A stretch of DNA of 64,000 nt, taken from positions 76,496 through 140,495 of IMG/VR virus record IMGVR_UViG_3300028920_000037; one strand, given 5' to 3'. Under the pieces are notes generated by a model. The model searched no databases, was not told the origin of the DNA, and worked only from the letters and a program-made list of their open reading frames with translations. A program made the translations under genes and the position numbers. How positions within the stretch are numbered: the first letter of the stretch is position 1; every line of letters begins with the position of its first letter. Positions 37,644 through 47,725 of this stretch are shown piece by piece. The DNA is from a virus.

Positions 37644-38731
37644 TGCACGGGATCACGGTCACTGAGGGTGCGATCAGAAAACTCGTCAGGAAGGCGCTTA
37701 ATGGAACACAACGGCTTGCTGAGATGGGTGGACTACAACCTCAGGAACCAGTCAGGGTCGTCAATGTTGTCGACCCTCAGGCTGCAGAAACAGACCCAAA
37801 GAATCCGAGGTACCTTCCTCAAGATAAGGTAGAATTTACTGTAGCGATACGCCAGCTCCTGGATGCAAACCCAGAGGCTGACTACCAAGAGATTTTCCGA
37901 ATCGTCAAGATGAAGCTCGACGACGATGAGGGCGGAGGAGAAACAATGAACGTCAAGGAACAGGTGGAGGCAGCTCTTCGCAGGAAGGTTCGAGCTGTCA
38001 TCAAGGAGGCGATGCCGGCGTACGCGCGAGGCGGCCAGTACGGTCAGGAAGACTTCGAACGCGACAAGGCGTGGTTGCAGCGTAAGTTTGGAGAAGAGGA
38101 AGAGCCTGAAGGCAAGGACAACTACACGCCGAAACGTGTCCGCGGAAGCAAAAATAACGACGAACAAGCGTCACAGATCATTCGGGTGCTGAACTCTGAG
38201 TTCGGCATCGATATGAAGGGTTCGCAGTTCCAGTCGTTCGACAAAGCAACGAAGCTTCGTTGGTTTGCGACTGCGTACATCTCGGAACACGATCCTCGGT
38301 TCCTGGAACGCACAGTCGCCGACTACATCGAAGCGCTCGAAGAGGCCGCGGATGAGTCGGGCGTCCTAGACGATACACTCATCGAGGAATTGAAGGACCT
38401 TGAGAGGGAACTGCTGAAGAATCCGTCGATCTCTGATGCGTTCTCAGAGTACCTCCAACAAGAGGTCCAGACGACGATCAACTCGATGGATCCAGAGCAG
38501 TACAAGACGTTCATGGGTCTAGCACAGCTCGCGTTCGACGATGTACCAGGCGGCATCATGAAGTTTGGTGCCGGCGGCGCTGAGAAGCCAGAGGATGTAC
38601 GTACCTGGGCAGCTCGTCGTCAATCGAGCAAGCAGTTCACAGGAGGCGGAGATCCGAAGACCGGTGGCGGAAGCGCAGTTGACAGATTCAGAGCGGCCGT
38701 TGATCATCCGGCGGTCCCACCAGAGAAGTAG
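37643..38731 (+). CDS. Hypothetical protein with two copies of the shared leader motif
   Basis: 'TEGAIRKLVRKAL..LAE' and internal 'LRRKVRAVIKEA'. Confidence 0.7.
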   Translation: MHGITVTEGAIRKLVRKALNGTQRLAEMGGLQPQEPVRVVNVVDPQAAETDPKNPRYLPQDKVEFTVAIRQLLDANPEADYQEIFRIVKMKLDDDEGGGETMNVKEQVEAALRRKVRAVIKEAMPAYARGGQYGQEDFERDKAWLQRKFGEEEEPEGKDNYTPKRVRGSKNNDEQASQIIRVLNSEFGIDMKGSQFQSFDKATKLRWFATAYISEHDPRFLERTVADYIEALEEAADESGVLDDTLIEELKDLERELLKNPSISDAFSEYLQQEVQTTINSMDPEQYKTFMGLAQLAFDDVPGGIMKFGAGGAEKPEDVRTWAARRQSSKQFTGGGDPKTGGGSAVDRFRAAVDHPAVPPEK

Positions 38732-38747
38732 GTGATTTTTCACCTGG

Positions 38748-39182
38748 ATGCAAGACGAGGGATCTATGGGCGTGTTGTTGGAGATGCATGAGCGGCTCGC
38801 TTCCGACGTAGGAAGCACAATAGCACCCAGGTTTCCAGTCGTTCCACAGAATCCTTCTGCGCCTGTTGTGAAGACGAACAGGTGGATCGTCTCTCGTGAT
38901 GATGTCATGGGCGGTGTTCAGAAGCTCAGCAAGACGTACGACTTTGATGATTCGTTCCAACGAAACATGTTTGTCAGTGAGCTGTTTTCGTACGAAGAAC
39001 GTACGCAGCACCGTGCAGACATCTCCATCAGGAACAACGAAGACTCTCCAATGTTCACGGTCGCTGTGACGCTGTGGACGAGAAACATCGGCCAGGTGAC
39101 AAACCTCGACAAGGAATACGCAGCCTACGCTGATTCCATTTACCGCGAGGTGATGTACAATCTAATGAATGAATCGATCTGA
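38748..39182 (+). CDS. Pterin-4-alpha-carbinolamine dehydratase-like protein
   Basis: KLSKTYDF..F...FV.....EERTQH.ADI...V.LWT....VT.LD...A...D; HH motif degenerate. Confidence 0.7.
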   Translation: MQDEGSMGVLLEMHERLASDVGSTIAPRFPVVPQNPSAPVVKTNRWIVSRDDVMGGVQKLSKTYDFDDSFQRNMFVSELFSYEERTQHRADISIRNNEDSPMFTVAVTLWTRNIGQVTNLDKEYAAYADSIYREVMYNLMNESI

Positions 39183-39609
39183 AGTTAGGCCTGATGCCGA
39201 TTCGTCGCTCCTCATGTCGCAGGAACTGTACGACGAGATCGACCTAGAGGATGGAGCGAAGGAGCTCATCCAGGCGCGGTCGAAGATCATCGTCCTGAAG
39301 ATCAAGACGAAGGACGGCAAGAACGACCTTGTTCTTGCTCCACTTCGTGGTATGGGGTCCGCAATCGAGGACGAGCTGCTTACGCTCGAGCTCGAGCTTC
39401 CAGAGGCCCAGGCTCTCGAGTTCCTCCTTGACATTCGTAGCGGTGGGACAGGTATTTACGGGATCGACATGCACTGGCGTCAGGATGTTGTCACGATCCT
39501 TAAGGAGAGCGACGAACGCTACAGTATACAGAAGGTGAACATCTACGATGTCTCTGTAGAATCAGAGGCATCTACGTTGGTCATCGTGCTCAATGATGCG
39601 TTTCATTGA
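39169..39609 (+). CDS. Hypothetical protein
   Basis: Coupled ORF. Confidence 0.6.
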   Translation: MNRSEVRPDADSSLLMSQELYDEIDLEDGAKELIQARSKIIVLKIKTKDGKNDLVLAPLRGMGSAIEDELLTLELELPEAQALEFLLDIRSGGTGIYGIDMHWRQDVVTILKESDERYSIQKVNIYDVSVESEASTLVIVLNDAFH

Positions 39610-39640
39610 AGGTCGGCCTATTTAGAGATCACGGGTCATC

Positions 39641-39841
39641 ATGTTAGAAGAAGGTACACAGTTTGATAAGTTCATGGACGATATCCTCATAAAAGAGGCT
39701 CGTCAGGTCAAGCGCGATGCAAAGGAAGAGGAACTACCTCTACATGTCAGAGCAAACGGTCTTCGTCGCGAGAATCCAGGTCACCTGATCAGGTACGGTG
39801 GAACATTCTCCAGGCATCCTGGGATCAGGTACAGAGGGTGA
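39641..39841 (+). CDS. Small hypothetical protein
   Basis: TATTTA at 39619-39624. Confidence 0.6.
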   Translation: MLEEGTQFDKFMDDILIKEARQVKRDAKEEELPLHVRANGLRRENPGHLIRYGGTFSRHPGIRYRG

Positions 39842-40383
39842 ACCGAGTGGAACTCAGAACGGCAAAATCGATCGAGCAATTCATCGATGGGATCACTACG
39901 TCTGTGCTGCGGCATCGGCTACGGGAAGGTCTAGACGATGACCTAAAGGTCATTAAGCCCGACGTAAAGAAGGACCCCAACACCGCGAATGTCAGCGGAC
40001 AGGCAAAGACTGTCGGCGATGAGCGCGACGGTGAGATCATGTCTCAGGGAGACGTTGAGGTCGGTGACATCATCGAAAAGCTCAACGCAATCAGGGCAGG
40101 ACGTTCGGTCCGCAACCCGGCCATCGCTCAGGAGCTCGAAACGTACTTTGGCGACCTCGACGCTGAAGAGAGGATCGCCTTGTTTGCGTATTTGAAGGGA
40201 ATCGCTGAAGTCGTAAGTGGCGAGCATCCTGGTAAGAGTGCCGAAGAACCCAGCGATCCAGACCCTAGGATCGAAATGGACCGCGAAGGTGGATCGTCTG
40301 ACAAGGCCCGGGTGACAGTCAAGTCAGGAGGCGGGGGCGAAGATACGTCTCCTCCTGTGCCTATTGCGGTGAAAAATCGATAG
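39838..40383 (+). CDS. Hypothetical protein
   Basis: GTGA coupling; 'KLNAIRAGRS'. Confidence 0.65.
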   Translation: MNRVELRTAKSIEQFIDGITTSVLRHRLREGLDDDLKVIKPDVKKDPNTANVSGQAKTVGDERDGEIMSQGDVEVGDIIEKLNAIRAGRSVRNPAIAQELETYFGDLDAEERIALFAYLKGIAEVVSGEHPGKSAEEPSDPDPRIEMDREGGSSDKARVTVKSGGGGEDTSPPVPIAVKNR

Positions 40384-40396
40384 CTTGGAAAGTAGA

Positions 40397-40612
40397 ATGG
40401 TAGAAATGGAAGCTAGAAAGATCAACCTGCCAAAGGGTGAGACGCTCGAAATCGAGATGGATCCAAAGTTCTTGAGCTATGTGGCCCGGCATTTTGGTCT
40501 TCCTGGGACTTCTGCTGTGAAGGATGATCACATCCGAATGTTCATCTGGGGAGCCACCAAGAATGCCATCGACAAGTCCGAAAAACAGCAAGCGATCGCC
40601 CATGTCAGGTAG
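40397..40612 (+). CDS. Hypothetical protein
   Basis: TAGAAT-type -10 upstream; start may be 40406. Confidence 0.55.
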   Translation: MVEMEARKINLPKGETLEIEMDPKFLSYVARHFGLPGTSAVKDDHIRMFIWGATKNAIDKSEKQQAIAHVR

Positions 40613-41840
40613 TCGAACAAAGACAAGCATCGATCACATCTACTGCAATTCAACCCTCACGCTTCAGGACGTGAAGGACATCACATGGCTCGCCTTACGA
40701 GGCAAGCTCAATACTCCGACGGAGAAGGTTGATGGAAGCAACTTGTATGTGACGTACGACGGACACGCTGTCTACGTTGCACGCAGGAAGCAAGATATCA
40801 TCGATGGAGGGCTTGATTCATCGAGGATCAATGAGTTGTACAAGGACCACCCGAAGGTCCGAGACGCGTTTCTCCACGCGATGGAAACAGTCGAGCTTGC
40901 GATCAAACGACTCTTACCAAGGTTCATTGGGCACCTCACCGAGGACGTCTTTGCAAACGGTGATCGTTGGTTATCGATCGAGGTCGTCTATCCCAACCTA
41001 GATCACATCATTGCATACGACAAGAACTGCGTGATCGTACATCGCACTCCAACGCTTTTCTTCTATGACGGTGAGGTCGTAGTTGAGGACAGCAATATGA
41101 GCGCGTTGAACCTGCTGTTGAACATGCTGTACGACGAAGAAGAACGTAGCTTTGACATGTTCCAAGTTGAGAACGGATGGTTCTTCTCAGGACCGTTGAT
41201 CGCCGAGCTCACCGACCTGGGCGAAGAGCTTGCGAGCTCATACACAGACGGGTTGGACGCAGCGATGCGTATCGTCGGTGCAACGAACGACGATACGATC
41301 AAGGATTTCATCATCGCTTGCGCGACAAACACGATCAAGAAGACGATCGTCAACGACGAAGCAGTCGCTCGCAAGGTTGCAGAACGCTTCGCAGGGTTCC
41401 CAGGCGGCCCGAACGTACGTGCGTTGAAGAAGCTGTTCGAGGAGAAGGGCTACGATCCAAACGTCATCGATGAGCTCAGGGCGAATCAGAACGACGTCGC
41501 TCGTATGTTCAGGGCAACGCTTGAGCTGTTCGTCCACGCGGTTGCGCTCGAAGTCCTGAGCCACGTCAAGCCGTCACTAAAGTCGAACGTTGACTCTGTC
41601 AAGCGCACCCTTCTCAAGGTCATCGAAAGGCTGACAGCAGCCCCACGTGGTACCATCGTTGCCCTCACGCGGCAGCTAGAAAAATTGGGACCCATCGAGG
41701 GTATTGTTCCCCTTGAGGGCATCGTATTTTTCTACAATGGTCACCAGTATAAGCTCACTGGGAACTTTGCTCCTGCGAACCAGATCATGAACATTTACCG
41801 TCGAGCCGTTAGGGAAGGCTACGTCCAGGCGCTCGCGTAG
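40602..41840 (+). CDS. Ligase-like covalent nucleotidyltransferase (DUF6267-like)
   Basis: TEKVDG.N (KxDG), EGIVF, YKLTGNFAPANQ. Confidence 0.65.
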   Translation: MSGSRTKTSIDHIYCNSTLTLQDVKDITWLALRGKLNTPTEKVDGSNLYVTYDGHAVYVARRKQDIIDGGLDSSRINELYKDHPKVRDAFLHAMETVELAIKRLLPRFIGHLTEDVFANGDRWLSIEVVYPNLDHIIAYDKNCVIVHRTPTLFFYDGEVVVEDSNMSALNLLLNMLYDEEERSFDMFQVENGWFFSGPLIAELTDLGEELASSYTDGLDAAMRIVGATNDDTIKDFIIACATNTIKKTIVNDEAVARKVAERFAGFPGGPNVRALKKLFEEKGYDPNVIDELRANQNDVARMFRATLELFVHAVALEVLSHVKPSLKSNVDSVKRTLLKVIERLTAAPRGTIVALTRQLEKLGPIEGIVPLEGIVFFYNGHQYKLTGNFAPANQIMNIYRRAVREGYVQALA

Positions 41841-41853
41841 CAAGGAGTGAAAC

Positions 41854-42708
41854 ATGGGCGGAAATGCTTTCGGGAGCGTGTCATCGATTGACGTTGACAC
41901 GCTCCGCGAGGAGTACAGGCGCATCGTCATCTTCCTCGAAGGCCATGGATTCAGTAACGTAAATGCGATCGGTTCGACGTTCAAAAAGGACGTCATGAGC
42001 GACGTAGACGTTGTTGCCGAGTTCGATGGAACGCGTGACGATGCGTACGCCGAGCTCCTCAAAGACATGTCCGAAGATCAGCTTCGTCGCATCGGATCGA
42101 ACATCGTTAGCATCGCTTGGCAGCGCGCCGATGAGAAGTGGGTTCAGGTTGACATCGTTGTTGGAAATGTTGATCTTGTCAAATGGACAAGGTTCGGACC
42201 CTTCGACTCGAACTTCAAGGGCACGATGCGTCAGGTTTTCCTGTCTGCGATCCTTACAGCAATGTCTGAGAGGGACTTTGGTAAGGAGTGGACGGATGAT
42301 CACCGTATGAAGTACGTGCTCGATCTCGACAACGGAATGTTCAAGGTCGTTCAGACAAAGCGCGGCGTCCGCGGAGGTATGCTTCGTAAGTGGAAGACGA
42401 TCAAACGTGAGTTGGTGTCTCGCTCTCCTCGAGACATTGTTAGGATCGTCTTTCACGGTGGCGTGATGCCCGAGGATGTGTTATCCTTTGAAAGTGCTGT
42501 TTACGAATCCAAAAAGTCTGCCCAGCTGCGACCCATCGAGACAAGGATTGTTGAGATCTTTTGTGAGGATGTGGATGAAATTGCGAAAAAACAACCCTTG
42601 CGTATCGCAAGGACACGGAACGATGCACTTGCTCAGGCTTTCGTTGCAAAACAGCTATTGAAGGACTCTATCATGAAAAAACCAAGTTCGGTCGGAGGTT
42701 CACAGTGA
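41854..42708 (+). CDS. Pol-beta-family nucleotidyltransferase ('MGGN' type)
   Basis: MGGNAF, IGSTFKK, SDVDV, VQVD. Confidence 0.7.
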   Translation: MGGNAFGSVSSIDVDTLREEYRRIVIFLEGHGFSNVNAIGSTFKKDVMSDVDVVAEFDGTRDDAYAELLKDMSEDQLRRIGSNIVSIAWQRADEKWVQVDIVVGNVDLVKWTRFGPFDSNFKGTMRQVFLSAILTAMSERDFGKEWTDDHRMKYVLDLDNGMFKVVQTKRGVRGGMLRKWKTIKRELVSRSPRDIVRIVFHGGVMPEDVLSFESAVYESKKSAQLRPIETRIVEIFCEDVDEIAKKQPLRIARTRNDALAQAFVAKQLLKDSIMKKPSSVGGSQ

Positions 42709-42980
42709 ACGCTAAATGTCCACTCTGCAATGCTACCCTCTACAACGAGCGTCGCAAAGAACATCATTCCATCGATTACCAGGCACCCGCGTTGGCGGTC
42801 AGTTGGATTTGTGCTGGTTGTGGAGTCGAGGTCACCGCTCAGCGCGGTTGCGTTCCTTGTTCGCAACTTCCACCAACAATCGTAGCTGCGGCGAAACGCC
42901 CAGGTGAGTTAGGCGACAGGGGTAGCAAATGGCCAGCTGTGTGGTTTGAGGAGAGAGGTGACCTGCATGGACCATTTTAG
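42705..42980 (+). CDS. Small Cys-rich protein
   Basis: Three CxxC. Confidence 0.4.
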   Translation: MNAKCPLCNATLYNERRKEHHSIDYQAPALAVSWICAGCGVEVTAQRGCVPCSQLPPTIVAAAKRPGELGDRGSKWPAVWFEERGDLHGPF

Positions 42981-43001
42981 GCAACCTTATGGAGGTAACA
43001 G

Positions 43002-44903
43002 GTGATAGTCGATAAAAAGGTTATACCTCAACTCGATTTTTCGGTCTACAAACCAAAAGAAGAGTACTTCAAGGCGTATGCTGAGCTCGGCAAGGCACAG
43101 GCGGCCCGGCAGCTGATCGGTGAGATCAAGTTTGCGTATTTGAATGTCTATTCACACCTGAGGTCGACGTTCCTCGACGGCGAAGAGTTGAAGCCAAACG
43201 ATGAGATCATCACGAGGGTGTATTCTGGCAAACACCTCGTTATCTTGGACGATGACAAGCTCGTAAAGTACACAAACTTCCTGCGTGACAACTGGCCCAA
43301 GCGCGGAACCACGCTCGTGAACTCATCGTCAACGCTCTTTGACATCAAGAAGGCGGTTACGAGTTCGACAAGACGCGTCCCAGAATACAAGCAACACCCC
43401 AAGGCAGGTGAACCTGTCGTCTACAAGTCGACGAACAAGGCAAAGGGATACGTAAAAGGCGAGCAGCAGGTTGACAAGGATGGAAATCCAAAGTTCTATC
43501 CAATGAAGGTGAAGACAGGCTGGCGGTACGTGATCGACAGAAAAGCGATCCGTTTGTGGCTCGATATGTGGAGCCGACAGGAGGAACTCCTTGATGCTGA
43601 AGTCCACAACAGGACTCACGCTGTAGATACTGTTGTCAAGGCGATCGACAAGTTTGAAGTGAATACCGGCAGCATCAAATTCGAACGCAACGCGTCGACG
43701 GATGTGAAGCCTCCGGACCCGCGAGCACACAGGTGGATCTCACTTGCCGGCCTTGTTCCACTGATGTGGTATGAGTGGCCGAAGGGCATCGACATCTACT
43801 CTGACACAAGGTTCAGATCGTCAGAATCGGGCATCGGCGCGGGAGAAAGGTGGCTTGGGTTCCTCCTCGGTGCACAGGTCCAGGGCCCAACAATTACGTT
43901 TGATCTCGCAGTTCCTGGAGAGGCAGGGTTCGACTCATGGGAGGTCAAGGAGTACGATGAAAAGATCAGAGTCGTCAGGTTGGGTTCGTGTGGCACTGAT
44001 ACCGTTGCCGCAATGGCCGATGATGTCTCTGACATCATCAGGCAGATTAAGAACATCGTCACTGCATACGATACGCTTAATATTCGCAGCGTCTATGGTC
44101 CCGAGACGTGGTTGGGTAGGTTCGTTATAAGCCTCAACGACTATATCGATGAACGATACAAGAAGATCGTCATCCGCGGCGAGCTAGGCAACTCTGAGCT
44201 CCGTGAGCTGCAGTACGTAGCGAACGGCGTTGCCAAGATGTTCAGGTTGATCCACGAGAACCACGCTGTCTCAATAGACACCGTCAAGGTCAGAGAGCAG
44301 AGGATCAACCTGACACCGTCACAGTACGCGCGGATGCTCTACCTCGTACACAGCGAAGAACCGATGGCGCTCTCGCACGATGAACGGATGTTCGCGTTTG
44401 GATCATGCGTGGAACACGCATTGCTCAAGGGCGAGATGACATTCGACGACTACCTACATGAGTGGTTGTCTACGCTGAAGCCTAGCGATGCGTTCGGAAA
44501 CGTCAAGGGTGTGTTCCTCGTCAACAAGAAGGGATTCATGCTCGTCCCGAACGACAGGTTGAACGATGTCTTCAGTTACTACAGGATGTCCCAAGGTCGT
44601 CGATTAAACTTCAAGGTGAACAACATCCCATCGCTGGATGAAGCGATACAGTTATCGAGCATGTTGCCGCTGTCTGGCATGTTTGAGTACCCGCCAGTAG
44701 ACGTTGACAGCGGCATATTTGAAGGTATCGACGAATATGTACTCGCAGGAGGACCTCCAATGCCGTCCGAAGAGTCGCCTTGGTTTGAGCCTGAGTTTGT
44801 TTGGACGATCCGAGAAGAGGATTTCGTCGTGCTGCCCTTCGACGATGAGACGTTGCTCTACGATCCACGCAGGTTCGTCAATGTTGATGCATTCTTGCAT
44901 TGA
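43002..44903 (+). CDS. Large hypothetical protein with possible PD-(D/E)xK nuclease core
   Basis: GIGAGE...FDL...WEVK; SD ggagg. Confidence 0.55.
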   Translation: MIVDKKVIPQLDFSVYKPKEEYFKAYAELGKAQAARQLIGEIKFAYLNVYSHLRSTFLDGEELKPNDEIITRVYSGKHLVILDDDKLVKYTNFLRDNWPKRGTTLVNSSSTLFDIKKAVTSSTRRVPEYKQHPKAGEPVVYKSTNKAKGYVKGEQQVDKDGNPKFYPMKVKTGWRYVIDRKAIRLWLDMWSRQEELLDAEVHNRTHAVDTVVKAIDKFEVNTGSIKFERNASTDVKPPDPRAHRWISLAGLVPLMWYEWPKGIDIYSDTRFRSSESGIGAGERWLGFLLGAQVQGPTITFDLAVPGEAGFDSWEVKEYDEKIRVVRLGSCGTDTVAAMADDVSDIIRQIKNIVTAYDTLNIRSVYGPETWLGRFVISLNDYIDERYKKIVIRGELGNSELRELQYVANGVAKMFRLIHENHAVSIDTVKVREQRINLTPSQYARMLYLVHSEEPMALSHDERMFAFGSCVEHALLKGEMTFDDYLHEWLSTLKPSDAFGNVKGVFLVNKKGFMLVPNDRLNDVFSYYRMSQGRRLNFKVNNIPSLDEAIQLSSMLPLSGMFEYPPVDVDSGIFEGIDEYVLAGGPPMPSEESPWFEPEFVWTIREEDFVVLPFDDETLLYDPRRFVNVDAFLH

Positions 44904-45462
44904 TGACACGAGCGTGGAGCTTGCACCAGATCGCGTGCTTCTCGCTTTCGTTGAGCACATCAGGTAGGTTCGTTTTGAACGACGCCTCGTCGCTGTTCCA
45001 CAGGAACCGTCGCATCATCGTTCCAGAGATGTTGCTTGTCTCTGACCGCGGGACCCTGCGAACGCTGACGCGCTCGACGATGTCTGGTACGTAGCGCCTG
45101 AAGTGTTCTGTCGAAAATTTTTGTTCAACGTCGGTATCGTCACCTACGAAGATCAAGATCTCTAGGTCCTTGGATTCCAACGTGCCAAGCTCAGCTATGT
45201 TGCCGAGCGCGCTCCATGTTTTTCTGATGGGTGAAACCTCGCTGAGGTAAACGGTGACGTTTCCTGGGATGTGATGAAGGATGTACTCTTGCCAGATGTC
45301 CTCCATGTCTCGTCCAAGGATCGTGTGTTCGCCACGCCGCACCCTATCGGTCGTGGAGACAAAGACGATGACGCTTTCACATTCTGTTGCGGCTGTAACA
45401 ATCAGGTTGTGATGCCCACGTTGGTAGGGTTTTGCCGACATCGGTATAAGACCTAGCTTCAT
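44878..45462 (-). CDS. HIGH-superfamily cytidyltransferase-like protein
   Basis: PMSAKPYQRGH (HxGH variant), ISGTMMR; TATAGT then 7 nt to ATG. Confidence 0.8.
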   Translation of the reverse strand: MKLGLIPMSAKPYQRGHHNLIVTAATECESVIVFVSTTDRVRRGEHTILGRDMEDIWQEYILHHIPGNVTVYLSEVSPIRKTWSALGNIAELGTLESKDLEILIFVGDDTDVEQKFSTEHFRRYVPDIVERVSVRRVPRSETSNISGTMMRRFLWNSDEASFKTNLPDVLNESEKHAIWCKLHARVINARMHQH

Positions 45463-45481
45463 GTGTTGTACTATACAACAG

Positions 45482-45763
45482 ATGGTTGAGCGCGACACAC
45501 GAGTTGATGAAGAGATTATCGATGCAATGAATTTATTTTGCGGTTACGCCCCCTTCGTCAACTCGTGGATCGACGTCAAAAAGAACCTGCTGTTGTTGCT
45601 GCCGCCGAAGAAACGTTCGTTGTTCTCACGCAGGGACGAGAAAACAAAGCAGCAGATTCCCAACGCGATGGAATATGAACTGATGCAGATGTGGGCCGAC
45701 CTCACGGGTCGTCCGGTCATATTTACCAATGATGGACAACATGGACAGATCGATCCTACGTGA
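45482..45763 (+). CDS. Hypothetical protein
   Basis: Divergent from the previous gene. Confidence 0.5.
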   Translation: MVERDTRVDEEIIDAMNLFCGYAPFVNSWIDVKKNLLLLLPPKKRSLFSRRDEKTKQQIPNAMEYELMQMWADLTGRPVIFTNDGQHGQIDPT

Positions 45764-46895
45764 GTACGTCCGTTCTGTCATCGTTGAGGACGGTGACGGC
45801 GGTGGAGCCGGTGACGGCTTCGGCGGCTGGGGAGGCATGGGCGGTTACGGCGGTGGAATGGGAGGCATGGGCGGAGGTTTTGGCATCGGTGATGACGTCA
45901 TCTATAGGACGTTTGTCGCTGGGTGGGTTGACCTCTTCAAGACTGCTACGTCTGCAACGAAATCGGTCCTCGGCTCAGCGTATGCCACTGCACGAGTTGT
46001 CTTTGATTCAATCGCATCATCTGTGATCCCTTTCTACAGATCGAGGTACAAGGCGATCGCTGAACAACACCGCGAGACGCAAGAACAAATCAGGAACGAA
46101 CACCATGCGGCGTATAGCTCGATCACGAGCGCCCTCGTCAGCAACGATGACTTCCTGGTCAGTGCATTCATGTTCGATCCGGCGAGGTTCTTTAAGACTG
46201 CGTTGTCGAACCCATCGGCGTTCGTTACAGCAGTAGGCGTAGCAAACGCACCTGACGCGATCGCAAATACGTTTGACGTCCTGTCGGGTGGTGGGATGCT
46301 CGGCAGGATTATCAAGCGTGCCCACGCTGAGAAGTCGGATTGGGAGTCGATTCAAGACAAGCTCAAGCATGTCCTTGGTGAAAAGACGCTTAGGGGCATG
46401 TTCGGAGAGTCAACCGGCAGGCGAGTGAATCCAAGCCAGTTTATCATCGTTGAAGAAGACGCTCCGCGAAAGCGCGACAAGGAACCCGAAAAGGGGCAAA
46501 ACCTTGAAGAGGACCAACTCGACGTCATCAAAATCCTGCTCGATCCAGCGGTGATCGACATGGTCATGCAGGGTCGTGAGGCTGAAGCGATGTCAAGGGA
46601 CATGCGCAAGGCAACAGAGAAGTTCCTTAAAAAGATCGTTGAAACCGTGGAGCAGTCACGGCAGATCAGGTCCCTCGATGATGTCCAAAAGATCACCGGC
46701 AAGCCGATCAAGGGTGACGAAGACTTGACGCCTGAGGTTGAGGAACGCATGGTTCAAGAGACGAAGAAATCGATCAAGAAGATGTACGCTGAGATGCTTG
46801 CTGCGGAGGCGAAACATGTCGCGAAAGTGCTCGATCCTGATCACGATATGGTGAAGGCATACAAGGTGGCGCTCAAGGCGATACACGACGCGTGA
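45729..46895 (+). CDS. Gly-rich protein with leader 'LREYVRSVIVE'
   Basis: TATTTA at 45720-45725; GGxGG tract. Confidence 0.75.
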   Translation: MMDNMDRSILREYVRSVIVEDGDGGGAGDGFGGWGGMGGYGGGMGGMGGGFGIGDDVIYRTFVAGWVDLFKTATSATKSVLGSAYATARVVFDSIASSVIPFYRSRYKAIAEQHRETQEQIRNEHHAAYSSITSALVSNDDFLVSAFMFDPARFFKTALSNPSAFVTAVGVANAPDAIANTFDVLSGGGMLGRIIKRAHAEKSDWESIQDKLKHVLGEKTLRGMFGESTGRRVNPSQFIIVEEDAPRKRDKEPEKGQNLEEDQLDVIKILLDPAVIDMVMQGREAEAMSRDMRKATEKFLKKIVETVEQSRQIRSLDDVQKITGKPIKGDEDLTPEVEERMVQETKKSIKKMYAEMLAAEAKHVAKVLDPDHDMVKAYKVALKAIHDA

Positions 46896-46913
46896 CTGTT
46901 GTAGGATCGGAGC

Positions 46914-47207
46914 ATGGCTAGAGTGGCTAAGAAGGCTCCGAAGCAGTACAACATCGCGAACCTCCAACCCGATGAGATCAACGACCTGCGTCGTGTGGTG
47001 CGTGAGTACGCGCAACGCAAACAGAACATTTTAAACGAGATTGAAACTCTCAAGGAGGACCTCAAGACGCTGGACCAGGAGTTCGCCGAGAAGCTCGACC
47101 TGAAGACGTTAAAGCTTGTCGAACGACACCTCAACGTGATGCAAGGCGTTGCTCACAAGGATACCTTCGATCTTTTTGTTGAGGCATTGGAGGATCAAAT
47201 ATGCTAA
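46914..47207 (+). CDS. GapR/T4 DsbA-like dsDNA-binding protein
   Basis: 'LRRVV.....I..EIE.LKED.K.L..E....LD.KTLK'; TG-TAGGAT then 6 nt to ATG. Confidence 0.6.
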   Translation: MARVAKKAPKQYNIANLQPDEINDLRRVVREYAQRKQNILNEIETLKEDLKTLDQEFAEKLDLKTLKLVERHLNVMQGVAHKDTFDLFVEALEDQIC

Positions 47208-47725
47208 CAGAGACAACCGGATCGCTGCCGGTTGATCGCTCTACGAGCGAAGGTCCAACGCTCCTGTCTGTTGCACAGGAGCCCAACGGCGGGTGGTCGT
47301 TTGGGATTCCACCCGTGCCAAACATCAATGTCGAAGAAGAAGTATCAGTTCCAGACACCGTTTACGAACCGATCAGGGAACCGCGAAGCCTTCATATACT
47401 CAGGTTGACGACAGTCGAGCTCATACACCTACGTGACATCCTTAGCATCGCCCTACCACCCGCGCTCGAAAAGACAGTGTCTCAGGCACTCGCTGAGAAG
47501 GAAAACCACGTGCTTTCGGAAGCAAACCTTTGGAAGAAGGTCACCTCCGCGTGCGTAGACGCGGAGGTGCCGATCAACGACAACGCACCTGACTTTATCG
47601 TTGCACCTGGTGGGATGCCTGAGATGCGTGTTTTTGAGATCTCAGCAGAACCTATGGATCAGTCAGATGAAGGTTCGGGTCTTGTTGTCGACCCGTTCGG
47701 GTCGAAGAAGGGAAGCGATGATTAG
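47201..47725 (+). CDS. Hypothetical protein
   Basis: SD ggagg. Confidence 0.6.
   Translation: MLTETTGSLPVDRSTSEGPTLLSVAQEPNGGWSFGIPPVPNINVEEEVSVPDTVYEPIREPRSLHILRLTTVELIHLRDILSIALPPALEKTVSQALAEKENHVLSEANLWKKVTSACVDAEVPINDNAPDFIVAPGGMPEMRVFEISAEPMDQSDEGSGLVVDPFGSKKGSDD

Noticed and set aside
45790-45890. GGC-rich repeat element
   Set aside because: Simply encodes the Gly-rich tract of ORF 45729.
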